A stretch of 64,000 nt of DNA from the NCBI GenBank assembly GCA_045588365.1, contig JAZNEB010000013.1:128803-192802 (forward strand), given 5' to 3'. Of this stretch, positions 8,391 through 16,934 are shown piece by piece; position 1 is the stretch's first letter; each line of letters starts with the position of its first letter. The position numbers were made by a program, and so were the translations under genes. Under the pieces are notes generated by a model. It worked only from the letters and a program-made list of their open reading frames with translations. It was not told the DNA's origin and made no database searches. Source of the stretch: Clostridia bacterium (lineage in GTDB: Bacteria > Bacillota > Clostridia > CAKSNL01 > HGM11501).

Positions 8391-9335
8391 ATGTTAGTAA
8401 ATATGAATGAGGTTTTAAGACCCGCAAAACAGGGGAAATATGCAGTTGGTCTTTTCAATGCAGTTAACTTGGAGCTTGCAAGAGGTATTATAAATGCTGC
8501 CGAAGCTTCAAGATCGCCGGTAATCATGGGAACAGCGGAGGTTTTACTTCCCTACGGCCCCTTAGAAGAGGTTTCGTACTATCTTATTCCCATGGCTAAA
8601 AAGGCTTCTGTGCCCGTTGTTGTACATCTTGACCACGGACTTTCCTATGACCTTTGTATCAAGGCTTTAGAGCTTGGGTTCTCTTCTGTAATGTATGACT
8701 GCTCCACAGATTCTTACGAAGAAAATGTAAGAAAGGTTAAGGAAATGGCAGAAATTGCCCATTCTTACGGAGCAACAATCGAAGGTGAGCTTGGTCACGT
8801 AGGAGATAATGAAGGTTCTGCAGAGGGAAGCTCTCACCTTGCGGACCCCTCTAAATTCTTTACAGATCCCTCCATGGCGAAGGATTTTGTAGATAAGACA
8901 AAGGTTGACGCTCTGGCAATCGCAGTTGGTAACGCTCACGGTGCATATAAGCTTCCTCCCAAGCTTGATTTTGAGAGAATAAGAACTATTGCAAATACTG
9001 TTGATGTTCCTCTGGTTCTTCACGGAGGTTCAGGTCTTACGGATAACGACTTCAAGCAGGCTATAAAAGAAGGTATCAGCAAGGTTAATATATTCACAGA
9101 TATAAACGTTGCAGCAGTTGAAGCGGAATTCAAGAAATTCCACAGCATGGACAAGGGTATAATCGACCTTATTCCTGCAGCAGTTGAAGCTGTAAAGCTT
9201 GAAACCTTAAATAAGATGAAGCTTTTCGGAAGCGACGGAAAGGCTGATATAAAACATAACAGCGGTTCTTTGGATAACATAGAACTCCTTACAAAGCTAG
9301 TTGCCCAGGAAGTTGCAAAGTACTTAAATAAATAA
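8391..9335 (+). CDS. Class II (metal-dependent) ketose-bisphosphate aldolase family protein (Fba/GatY/KbaY/IolJ-like)
   Basis: Motifs HLDHG, GELGHVG, NAHG and VLHGGSG. AGGAGG RBS. It starts 28 nt after the GRE stop. Confidence 0.8.
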   Translation: MLVNMNEVLRPAKQGKYAVGLFNAVNLELARGIINAAEASRSPVIMGTAEVLLPYGPLEEVSYYLIPMAKKASVPVVVHLDHGLSYDLCIKALELGFSSVMYDCSTDSYEENVRKVKEMAEIAHSYGATIEGELGHVGDNEGSAEGSSHLADPSKFFTDPSMAKDFVDKTKVDALAIAVGNAHGAYKLPPKLDFERIRTIANTVDVPLVLHGGSGLTDNDFKQAIKEGISKVNIFTDINVAAVEAEFKKFHSMDKGIIDLIPAAVEAVKLETLNKMKLFGSDGKADIKHNSGSLDNIELLTKLVAQEVAKYLNK

Positions 9336-9338
9336 AAA

Positions 9339-9372
9339 TAAGACCCAATGCACTGCATTGGGTCTTATTTTT
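9339..9372 (+). terminator. Intrinsic terminator of the GRE-aldolase operon
   Basis: aagacccaatgca ctg cattgggtctt followed by attttt. Confidence 0.75.
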
Positions 9373-9373
9373 G

Positions 9374-9410
9374 AAAAAGGGAGTGAAACGAAAGTTTCAC
9401 TCCCTTTTAA
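9374..9410 (-). terminator. Intrinsic terminator of the kdgK-eda operon (convergent)
   Basis: gggagtgaaac ... gtttcactccc hairpin with a U-run on the minus strand. Confidence 0.7.
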
Positions 9411-9411
9411 T

Positions 9412-10440
9412 TTATCTCTGCACTCTGCCTGAACCGTCTCCGCCCATTAAGGCTTCAACTTCCTTAACGGTAACTCTGTTAAAGTCGCCTATTATTGTAT
9501 GCTTTAAGCAGCTTGCTGCAACTGCAAATTCAAGAGCCTTCTTGGGATCTTCATAGTTAAGAAGTCCGTAGATAAGACCGCCGCCGAAGCTGTCGCCACC
9601 GCCAACTCTGTCAACGATATCCTTAATTTCATATTTTTTGGAAACGTAGAATTCGTTTCTGTCATAGATGCAGGCAGACCAGTCATTGTGGTTTGCGCTC
9701 TTGCTCTCACGAAGGGTAATGGCAATTTTTGAAGCATTTGGATAAATTGTCAGAACTTCCTTTGCCAAAGCTTCATACTTGGAAGTATCAAGCTTTCCGC
9801 CTGTAACGTCGCTTCCGATTTCAATGCCCAAGGATTTCTGACAGTCTTCTTCGTTTGCGATAATTACGTCAACGTATTTAACAAGCTCTGCCATAACCTC
9901 TTTAGCCTGCTTGCCGTATTTCCAGAGGTTCTTTCTGTAGTTAAGGTCGCAGGAAACTGTAAGTCCCATTTCCTTTGCAGCTTTAACTGCTGCAAGTGAT
10001 ACATCAGCGGCACTCTGGCTTAAAGCGGGAGTGATACCGGTAATGTGGAACCACTGGGCATCAGCAAAGATTTTCTTGAAATCGAAAAGGTCAGGAGTTG
10101 CCATAGCGATAGAGGAATATTCTCTGTCGTAAATAACCTTGGAAGGTCTCTGGTTTGAACCGGTTTCAAGATAGTATGTTCCAAGTCTTCCGTCAGAATA
10201 TACGATGTCGGAAATGTCAATGCCGAAACCGCGAAGCTGGCAGGTAAGAGCGTAGGTAATGTCGTTTTTGGGAATTGCAGTAGCGTACTTAACGTCCATA
10301 CCGTAGTTGGCCAAGGATACAGCAACGTTTGCTTCACCGCCACCGAAGGTAGCCTCAAGCATGGGGGACTGCATAAATCTCTCTAAAGCGGGAGATTTGA
10401 ATCTCAACATAATTTCGCCTAAAGTAACAATCTTTTTCAT
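9412..10440 (-). CDS. kdgK: 2-dehydro-3-deoxygluconokinase (PfkB family)
   Basis: PfkB signatures ([13 protein letters not shown]-terminal, [17 protein letters not shown]-terminal). It is operonic with a KDPG aldolase. Confidence 0.8.
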   Translation of the reverse strand: MKKIVTLGEIMLRFKSPALERFMQSPMLEATFGGGEANVAVSLANYGMDVKYATAIPKNDITYALTCQLRGFGIDISDIVYSDGRLGTYYLETGSNQRPSKVIYDREYSSIAMATPDLFDFKKIFADAQWFHITGITPALSQSAADVSLAAVKAAKEMGLTVSCDLNYRKNLWKYGKQAKEVMAELVKYVDVIIANEEDCQKSLGIEIGSDVTGGKLDTSKYEALAKEVLTIYPNASKIAITLRESKSANHNDWSACIYDRNEFYVSKKYEIKDIVDRVGGGDSFGGGLIYGLLNYEDPKKALEFAVAASCLKHTIIGDFNRVTVKEVEALMGGDGSGRVQR

Positions 10441-10456
10441 AATAAAAATCCCTTTC

Positions 10457-11413
10457 TTATTTCTGTATAAGGTGAACAGCGAAGCCGCCGAATTCGCCCT
10501 TTATGTATATGAACTTCATAGAACCGTCAGCATTGAAGGTTGCAGTATCCTCTTCAAATTCAACACCCTGGCTCTTTAAGTGGTAAACCGCTCTGTCAAC
10601 AGAGTTTGTCTTAATTGCAATATGGCCGTGAGTTCCCTTGCCCTGGGACTTCATGATTTCCATAATGTCGCCTGCCCAGAAGCTTGAGTTTCCTTCTTTT
10701 GTGGTAAGTCCGCCGAAAAGAACGGAGAACTGGTCTGCCACGGATTTTGAGGTAGCGGCATCGGGGGTATTAACGCCGATATGACCGATGGAGAATCCAA
10801 GCATAACGGAAACTGCCTTCTTTGTAAGCTCTGTAATCTTGTCCCATTCTTCGTTTTCGATAAATTCTTCCTTAACCATGAAGCTTCCGCCGCAAGCTAA
10901 GATTTTCTTGTTTGTGATATATGTAGTTAAGTTGTCAAGACCGATACCGCCTGTGGGAATGAATTTAAGATTTCCGTAGGGTGCGGATAAAGCCTTGATT
11001 TTATCAATTCCGCCGCTCTGCTCAGCAGGGAAGAACTTAACAACCTTAAGGCCTAATTCCAGAGCCTGCTCAATTTCAGAGGGGGATGTGCAGCCGGGAG
11101 TGGGGATTAAGTCGTTTTCCAGACACCAGGAAACAACCTTGGGATTGAAGCCGGGGCTAACGATAAACTTAGCGCCTGCCTCCTTGGCACGCTTTGCCTG
11201 GTCAATGGTTAAAACAGTACCTGCACCAACCAGCATTTCGGGAAAAGCAGAAGAAACTCTTTTAATAGCCTCTTCGGCAGCCTCAGTTCTGAAGGTGATT
11301 TCCGCAATGGGAAGACCGCCGTCAATCAAAGCCTTTGCCAGAGGAACTGCTTTTTCCACATCGTTGATTTTGATAACCGGAACAATACCGATATCGGAAA
11401 TTTTTTTAAGCAT
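10457..11413 (-). CDS. eda: KDPG/KHG aldolase (Eda) fused to a C-terminal VOC/glyoxalase-like domain
   Basis: aa 1-~205 are Eda-like (IVPVIKI ... GAGTVL ... FIVSPG ... KFFPA ... GG). aa ~206-318 form an extra beta-alpha-beta-rich module (HIGVNT ... [24 protein letters not shown] ... [10 protein letters not shown]). Confidence 0.75.
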   Translation of the reverse strand: MLKKISDIGIVPVIKINDVEKAVPLAKALIDGGLPIAEITFRTEAAEEAIKRVSSAFPEMLVGAGTVLTIDQAKRAKEAGAKFIVSPGFNPKVVSWCLENDLIPTPGCTSPSEIEQALELGLKVVKFFPAEQSGGIDKIKALSAPYGNLKFIPTGGIGLDNLTTYITNKKILACGGSFMVKEEFIENEEWDKITELTKKAVSVMLGFSIGHIGVNTPDAATSKSVADQFSVLFGGLTTKEGNSSFWAGDIMEIMKSQGKGTHGHIAIKTNSVDRAVYHLKSQGVEFEEDTATFNADGSMKFIYIKGEFGGFAVHLIQK

Positions 11414-11449
11414 TTAAAACACCTCTTAATATAAATATATTCGTGTAAT

Positions 11450-11478
11450 ATAATACTACAATTTACAAAAATAGTCAA
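11450..11478 (-). promoter_or_regulatory. Sigma-A-type promoter for eda-kdgK
   Basis: Minus strand: -35 TTGACT (11473-11478), 17-nt spacer, -10 TATTAT (11450-11455). Confidence 0.45.
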
Positions 11479-11554
11479 TAGATTATTGCTGATTTTAGAC
11501 AAGAAAAACCGGATTTTTTAATGTTACAAAAACTTATCAAAAGCTAAAAATCTA

Positions 11555-11583
11555 TTGACAGCAGGGCGTATTTGTTATAGAAT
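11555..11583 (+). promoter_or_regulatory. Sigma-A-type promoter for the DUF1292 gene
   Basis: -35 TTGACA (11555-11560), 17-nt spacer, -10 TAGAAT (11578-11583). A 5'-UTR hairpin ccgagg ... cctcgg follows. Confidence 0.5.
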
Positions 11584-11640
11584 TAAAATAACGCAATCCG
11601 AGGAGTCGTTTCCCCTCGGCTATAGAAAAGAGGTATTGTT

Positions 11641-11952
11641 ATGGCAGAGAATAAAAAAGACGAAATTTTAGAAGAATATGAAGAAAGAGTAATCGTTCTT
11701 TACGACCAGGAAGAGGATAAGGACATAAAGTGCGAATGGCTTGACGAAGTGGAATACGAAGGCAGACATTATGCTGTTGTGCTTCCCTTGGATAATGAAG
11801 ACGGAACGGTTATGATTATGGAAATGATTCCCGATGATGATTCTGATGACGATGAAACCTGGCTTTTTGCAGGTGTTGAAGACCAGGAATTGCTGGGCAA
11901 GATTTATGAGCTTTTCAAGGAAGCAAACGCCGAAGAATTTGATTTTGAATAA
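11641..11952 (+). CDS. DUF1292-family small acidic protein
   Basis: Typical DUF1292 layout (short acidic protein with ...D..EYEG..Y.V.LP ... D.. EL....F). Confidence 0.6.
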   Translation: MAENKKDEILEEYEERVIVLYDQEEDKDIKCEWLDEVEYEGRHYAVVLPLDNEDGTVMIMEMIPDDDSDDDETWLFAGVEDQELLGKIYELFKEANAEEFDFE

Positions 11953-12039
11953 AAGAGAATTCTTTTTATAAAAAGGGGAAAAATAAATAAAATTCTCCCT
12001 GCATTTCACGAGAGCGTGCGCACTATTTAAACCAACACA

Positions 12040-12184
12040 TTTATTAAGGGAGTTTCGGAAGATGTCTGTGGCGTGCAGGCCTCCTACGGGGAGGAAGCCC
12101 AGGAGCAGACACAGAGACGCCCACCTGCTTTGGGGCAGGTTTGAATATACGCACAATACGGTTTTTGCGGGGGTAAAAAGAATA
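12040..12184. ncRNA. Candidate structured RNA element; class and strand unassigned
   Basis: A ~100-nt island that looks markedly more GC-rich than the AT-rich spacer around it (by eye). Local hairpins: cctcc-tacgg-ggagg, acctgc-tttggg-gcaggt, and tgtctg/cagaca. A possible closing helix pairs ccctgca (11997-12003) with tgcgggg (12166-12172). It is bounded by terminator-like hairpins on both sides. Confidence 0.3.
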
Positions 12185-12217
12185 AAAAGCCTGTTTCGTG
12201 AGAAACAGGCTTTTTTG
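12185..12217 (+). terminator. Intrinsic terminator (bidirectional in shape)
   Basis: gcctgttt cgtgag aaacaggc flanked by an A-run and a T-run. Confidence 0.75.
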
Positions 12218-12286
12218 TGGTTTTTGTAAAAAAGAAAATGCCACATTTTTTCTTTTTATACAAGTTGTAGAATTTCTCTGAATACA

Positions 12287-12315
12287 TTGACAAAAAAACA
12301 ACAATGTGATAAAAT
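12287..12315 (+). promoter_or_regulatory. Sigma-A-type promoter of the 13-gene dehydrogenase-hdr-flx-frd-fum operon
   Basis: -35 TTGACA (12287-12292), 17-nt spacer, extended -10 TGaTAAAAT (12307-12315). Confidence 0.55.
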
Positions 12316-12379
12316 AAAATAGTATGAATTTGCAGAAAAACAGAGAAAAAGTAATAAAAATATTGAAAGGAATAAAGCT

Positions 12380-13327
12380 ATGAGCAGAAAAATTACCATT
12401 ATCGGAGCGGGAAGTGTAGGTGCTACAATAGCCTATACACTTTCTATGGAAGACTTAGCAAATGAAATTGTTTTGATTGATGTAAACAAGCAAAAGGCAG
12501 AGGGCGAGGTTATGGACATTATCCAGGGAACCTGCTTCCGTGATCCTATTTCCGTTATAACGGGAGATTATGAAGATGCAAAGGATTCCGACATCGTAAT
12601 AATTACCTCTGGAATAGCGAGACAGCCCGGACAGACACGCCTTGAGCTTACACAGACAAATGTGGATATCATAAAAGAAATCACTCCCAAAATTGTAAAG
12701 GTTGCTCCCAAGGCTTTATATGTTGTGGTAAGTAACCCTGTTGATATAATTACCTATGTGTTCACTAAAATTTCGGGTCTTCCCGAAAATCAGATTATAG
12801 GCTCGGGAACCTTACTTGATACTGCAAGACTTCGTTTTGCTCTTTCTGAGCACTTTAATATAGCACAGAAAAACATTCACGCCTATGTTTTCGGCGAGCA
12901 CGGAGATTCTTCCTTTGTACCTTGGTCCTGCACTCAGATATCTGGTGCTATGCTGGATGAATACATCGAGGTTATGACCGAGGCAGGAAGATATAAGGGA
13001 GAGCTTGACAGAGATGCTATGGAGGAGTACGTTCATACATCAGGCGGAGAAATTATAAAATATAAGGGCGCAACCTACTATGCAGTATCTGTGTCCGTAT
13101 GCCGTCTTTGCAGAATGCTTTTGTCTGCATATGATTCCATAAACACCGTATCTTCCATGATGCACGGAGAATACGGACTTTCCGACATTTGCCTGAGCAC
13201 ATTAAGTATAATCGGCCCTGAGGGCGTTAGGGGCAAGATGCCTGTACGACTTACCAATGAAGAACTTGCAAAGCTTCACGAAAGTGCCGAGAAATTAAGA
13301 GAGACCATGAGACATATTAAATTGTAA
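12380..13327 (+). CDS. LDH/MDH-family 2-hydroxyacid dehydrogenase (LDH-type scaffold with Arg at the Q102 specificity position; possibly malate dehydrogenase)
   Basis: IIGAGSVGATIAY Rossmann fold, LDTARLRF (R171) and GEHGDS (H195). The SGIARQPGQTRLEL loop aligns with LDH [13 protein letters not shown] and puts Arg81 at position 102. Confidence 0.8.
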   Translation: MSRKITIIGAGSVGATIAYTLSMEDLANEIVLIDVNKQKAEGEVMDIIQGTCFRDPISVITGDYEDAKDSDIVIITSGIARQPGQTRLELTQTNVDIIKEITPKIVKVAPKALYVVVSNPVDIITYVFTKISGLPENQIIGSGTLLDTARLRFALSEHFNIAQKNIHAYVFGEHGDSSFVPWSCTQISGAMLDEYIEVMTEAGRYKGELDRDAMEEYVHTSGGEIIKYKGATYYAVSVSVCRLCRMLLSAYDSINTVSSMMHGEYGLSDICLSTLSIIGPEGVRGKMPVRLTNEELAKLHESAEKLRETMRHIKL

Positions 13328-13339
13328 GGAAGTGTGAAT

Positions 13340-14134
13340 ATGAATTTCAGTTATTATCCCGGCTGCACCCTTAAAACAAAAGCCAAAGAGCTTGATGTAT
13401 ATGCGAAAAAGTGTGCAGAAGTTCTGGGCTTTACATTAAATGAAATAGACAACTGGCAGTGCTGCGGCGGAGTTTATCCTTTGGGTAAGGATGAAATCGC
13501 AACAAAGCTTTCATCTGTTCGTGTCCTTAATTACGCAAAGGAAAATGGGGAGGATCTTGTTACTGTTTGTTCTGCCTGCCATCATGTAATAAAAAGAGTA
13601 AACGACGATATGAAAAACGATGCTGATATAGCAAAAAAGGCAAATAACTATTTAAGTCTTGACGAGCCTTATAATGGAGAAGCCAATGTTTTTCATTACC
13701 TTGAGGTTTTAAGGGACAAAATTGGTTTTGACAATCTTAAGAAGGCAGTTAAAAATCCTCTTACGGGAAAAAAGATTGGTGCATATTACGGATGCCTCTT
13801 GCTTCGACCCGGAAAGGTTATGGCTTTTGACGATCCTGAAAATCCCACTGTTTTTGAGGACTTCATAAAGGCTCTGGGTGCCGAGGCGGTAGTTTATCCC
13901 TACAGAAACGAATGCTGCGGCGGATATATCCCCGTAAAGGACGATGCTACAAGTGAAAAGATGTGCAAAAAAATCAGCGAAAGCGCAAAGGGCTTTTCAT
14001 GTGATATGTTAATCACTGCTTGTCCCTTATGTATGTATAACTTAAGGAAAAAGGGCATAGATATTCCTGTTTACTATTTTACAGAGCTTTTGGCAGAAGC
14101 TTTGGGAGTAAAGGAGGAAAACATAAATGGATAA
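13340..14134 (+). CDS. hdrB: Heterodisulfide reductase subunit B-like protein (two CCG domains)
   Basis: YYPGC start and two CCG motifs (NWQCCGG, NECCGG), each followed by downstream CxxC-type cysteines. ATG 13340 follows AAGGAAG. Confidence 0.75.
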   Translation: MNFSYYPGCTLKTKAKELDVYAKKCAEVLGFTLNEIDNWQCCGGVYPLGKDEIATKLSSVRVLNYAKENGEDLVTVCSACHHVIKRVNDDMKNDADIAKKANNYLSLDEPYNGEANVFHYLEVLRDKIGFDNLKKAVKNPLTGKKIGAYYGCLLLRPGKVMAFDDPENPTVFEDFIKALGAEAVVYPYRNECCGGYIPVKDDATSEKMCKKISESAKGFSCDMLITACPLCMYNLRKKGIDIPVYYFTELLAEALGVKEENING

Positions 14135-14510
14135 GAATGTAAAAGAAAAGGTAATGGAATTAAGCGGAATAAATACTTCTAAGTGTATGAAGTGCGGAAA
14201 ATGCTCAGCTACATGTCCTGCCTTTGATGAAATGGATATAAAGCCCCATATGTTTGTGTCATATGTTGAAAAGGGAAACGTTAAGGCACTTTCCGAGAGC
14301 AATGGTATTTACCGTTGTCTTTCGTGCTTTGCCTGTGTTGAACGTTGCCCCAGGGGGGTTGAACCCGGAAAAGTTATTGACGCTGTAAGACAGATGATCA
14401 TAAGAGAAAAAGGAATGGACTATTTTAAGGCGGATGAAGTACCCGCTTTAGCTGATGAAGATACTCCTCAGCAGCTTTTGGTAAGTGCATTCAGAAGATT
14501 CAGGAGGTGA
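14127..14510 (+). CDS. hdrC: Heterodisulfide reductase subunit C-like 4Fe-4S protein
   Basis: CMKCGKCSATCP and CLSCFACVERCP ferredoxin motifs. It overlaps the hdrB stop. Confidence 0.7.
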   Translation: MDKNVKEKVMELSGINTSKCMKCGKCSATCPAFDEMDIKPHMFVSYVEKGNVKALSESNGIYRCLSCFACVERCPRGVEPGKVIDAVRQMIIREKGMDYFKADEVPALADEDTPQQLLVSAFRRFRR

Positions 14511-14514
14511 AACT

Positions 14515-16503
14515 ATGCAGAGAATCGGTGTATTTGTATGCCATTGCGGAAGTAACATTGCCGCAACGGTTGACGTAAAAAAGGTTGTAGAAGTAATTAA
14601 AGAAGAACCCGGTGTTGTTCATGCCGAGGATTATGCATATATGTGCTCCGAGGCAGGACAGGCTTTGATAGCAGGGGCAATTAAAGAAAAAAATCTTACG
14701 GGTATTGTTGTTTGCTCCTGCTCTCCCAGAATGCATGAGGCTACATTCAGAAAGGCAGCTCTTCGTGCAGGAATAAACCCCTACATGGTGGAAATAGCCA
14801 ACATAAGAGAGCATTGTTCATGGATTCATAAGGATATAGAGGAAGCAACAGAGAAGGCTGTTATTTTGGCTCGTGCTGCAGTTGCTAAGGTGAATTTGAA
14901 TACTCCTTTGCAACCCGGAGAAAGCCTTGTTACAAAAAGAGCTTTGGTAATAGGTGGCGGTATTGCCGGAATTCAGACAGCTCTTGATATTGCCGATGCA
15001 GGATATGAGGTGGATATAGTAGAAAAGACTCCCTCTATCGGCGGAAGAATGTCCCAGCTTGATAAAACCTTCCCCACACTTGACTGTTCCGCTTGTATTC
15101 TGACTCCCAAAATGGTGGAAGCGGCAGCCCACGAGAAAATCACAATTTATACCTACAGTGAAGTAGATAAGGTTTCAGGATTTGTCGGGGACTTTACGGT
15201 AGATATTAAAAAGAAGGCAAGAAGTGTGGATATGACAAAGTGTACAGGATGTGGCGTTTGTCAGGAAAAATGCCCCTCTAAAAAGGCTCCCAGCGAGTTT
15301 AACAGAGGTCTTAATTTAAGAAGTGCCATCTACACTCCTTTTGCTCAGGCTATTCCCAATGTTCCTGTTATTGACAGGGATTCGTGCATAAAGTTCAAGA
15401 CAGGAAAGTGCGGAATTTGTGAAAAGGTTTGTCAGGCAAAGGCAATAGATTATAACCAGACTGATGAAATTATCACACAGAAATACGGCGCTATTGTGGT
15501 TGCCACAGGCTTTGATATGATAAAGCTTGATAAGTACGGCGAATATGCATATAACGAAAGCAAGGATGTTATAACTTCTTTAGAACTTGAAAGAATTATG
15601 AATGCGGCAGGTCCTACCAAGGGTCATCTGGAGAGACTTTCTGACGGAAAAGCTCCAAAGGAAATGGTATTCATTCAGTGCGTGGGAAGTAGATGCTCCG
15701 ACGACAGGGGAAAGAGCTACTGCTCTAAAATCTGCTGTATGTATACAGCAAAACACGCTATGCTCATAAAGGATAAATATCCTGACGTAAATGTAACTGT
15801 TTTCTATATAGATGTAAGAACTCCCGGTAAAAACTTTGACGAGTTTTACAGAAGAGCAGTTGAAGAATACGGCGTAAATTATATAAAGGGTCAGGTGGGC
15901 AAGGTTTGCCCCGAGCCTGACGGAAGCTTACTTGTTAACGGTGTTGATTTAATAAGCAATGAGCAGATAAAAATAAAGGCTGATATGGTTGTGCTTGCAG
16001 CGGCAATAGAGCCTGAGGAATCTGTGAGAGGTATCGCTACAATGCTTACTGCAAGCATTGATACAAATAACTTCTTAACAGAAGCACATCCCAAGCTTCG
16101 TCCTGTAGAGTCTCCCACAGCAGGAGTATTTTTATCAGGCGTGTGTCAGGGACCTAAGGATATTCCCGAAACTGTTGCCCAGGCAGGTGCTGCGGCAGTT
16201 AAGGCTATAGGTTTACTTGCTAAAGATAAGCTTATGACAAATCCCTGTACAGCCAAGGCAGACGAGCTTATGTGTAACGGCTGCGGAAACTGCGCAAAGG
16301 TTTGTCCTTACGGTGCTATTTCCTACGAAACAAAGCTTATAAACGACCACGGAATAAAGGAAGAGAGAAGAATTGCCGTAGTAAACAATGCTCTTTGTCA
16401 GGGCTGCGGTGCTTGTACTGTAACCTGTCCTTCAGGCTCTATGGACCTTCAGGGCTTCTCTAACAGACAAATATTAGCGGAGGTGGATGCAATATGCCGA
16501 TAA
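14515..16503 (+). CDS. hdrA: Heterodisulfide reductase subunit A-like flavoprotein (FAD plus multiple Fe-S clusters)
   Basis: GGGIAGIQTALDIADAGYEV dinucleotide fold, N-terminal CHCGSN cysteines, and CTGCGVCQEKCP, CGICEKVCQ, CNGCGNCAKVCP and CQGCGACTVTCP motifs. AGGAGG lies before ATG 14515. Confidence 0.8.
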   Translation: MQRIGVFVCHCGSNIAATVDVKKVVEVIKEEPGVVHAEDYAYMCSEAGQALIAGAIKEKNLTGIVVCSCSPRMHEATFRKAALRAGINPYMVEIANIREHCSWIHKDIEEATEKAVILARAAVAKVNLNTPLQPGESLVTKRALVIGGGIAGIQTALDIADAGYEVDIVEKTPSIGGRMSQLDKTFPTLDCSACILTPKMVEAAAHEKITIYTYSEVDKVSGFVGDFTVDIKKKARSVDMTKCTGCGVCQEKCPSKKAPSEFNRGLNLRSAIYTPFAQAIPNVPVIDRDSCIKFKTGKCGICEKVCQAKAIDYNQTDEIITQKYGAIVVATGFDMIKLDKYGEYAYNESKDVITSLELERIMNAAGPTKGHLERLSDGKAPKEMVFIQCVGSRCSDDRGKSYCSKICCMYTAKHAMLIKDKYPDVNVTVFYIDVRTPGKNFDEFYRRAVEEYGVNYIKGQVGKVCPEPDGSLLVNGVDLISNEQIKIKADMVVLAAAIEPEESVRGIATMLTASIDTNNFLTEAHPKLRPVESPTAGVFLSGVCQGPKDIPETVAQAGAAAVKAIGLLAKDKLMTNPCTAKADELMCNGCGNCAKVCPYGAISYETKLINDHGIKEERRIAVVNNALCQGCGACTVTCPSGSMDLQGFSNRQILAEVDAICR

Positions 16504-16934
16504 CAAATGAAGAATTCAGACCTAAAATAGTGGCATTTTGCTGCAACTGGTGTTCTTATGCAGGTGCTGACCTGGCAGGAAGCAGCAGACTTTCCTACAG
16601 TGCAGATGTAAAAATCATAAGAGTGCCCTGCTCCTGCAGAGTTAATCCTATGTTTATCTTAAGGGCCTTTGAAAAAGGTGCTGACGGTGTAATTATCTGC
16701 GGTTGCCACCCCGGGGACTGCCATTATTCCACGGGCAACTACTATGCAAGACGCAGAATGACTCTTTTATTCTCAATGCTTGACTTTTTAGGCATTGAAA
16801 GAGGCAGAACCAGAGTTGAATGGGTTTCTGCTGCGGAGGGTGTTAAATTCTCCCAGACAATGACAGAGTTTGTGGATACAATTAAATCTCTGGGTAAAAA
16901 CAAAAGATTGGAGGACTTAAGATGCAAAGACTGA
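16494..16934 (+). CDS. MvhD/FlxD-like 2Fe-2S electron-transfer protein
   Basis: FCCNWCSYAGADLAG ... RVPCSCRV ... GCHPGDCHY signature. It overlaps the hdrA stop. Confidence 0.8.
   Translation: MPITNEEFRPKIVAFCCNWCSYAGADLAGSSRLSYSADVKIIRVPCSCRVNPMFILRAFEKGADGVIICGCHPGDCHYSTGNYYARRRMTLLFSMLDFLGIERGRTRVEWVSAAEGVKFSQTMTEFVDTIKSLGKNKRLEDLRCKD

Noticed and set aside
12040-12184. Tried to assign the GC-rich element to SRP RNA, 6S RNA, the c-di-AMP (ydaO) riboswitch, guanidine (ykkC and mini-ykkC) riboswitches or a T-box.
   Set aside because: Only short purine-rich strings resemble parts of those consensus sequences (CAGG ... GGAGGAAGC and ACGGGGAGG). The motif order, tetraloops and helix partners required by each model are not satisfied. 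No class is claimed.
12265-12286. Possible Rex (redox repressor) operator upstream of the dehydrogenase-hdr operon (TTGTAGAATTTCTCTGAATACA).
   Set aside because: Only the outer TGTA/TACA bases are palindromic. The inner half-sites do not match TTGTGAA-N6-TTCACAA, so the site is too weak to call.
11668-12304. Three overlapping minus-strand ORFs (192, 86 and 69 aa) crossing the DUF1292 gene, the GC-rich element and the terminator.
   Set aside because: They have no RBS and lie antisense to a well-supported gene. They run through an intrinsic terminator and a promoter, and their odd Arg/Pro/Gly-rich stretches simply mirror the GC-rich structured segment. I treat them as non-coding.
14515-16934. 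Looked for in-frame TGA (selenocysteine) in the HdrA-like and MvhD-like genes, as occurs in some organisms.
   Set aside because: Both reading frames are uninterrupted, and all cluster-ligand positions I could see are encoded as Cys. There is no evidence for Sec.
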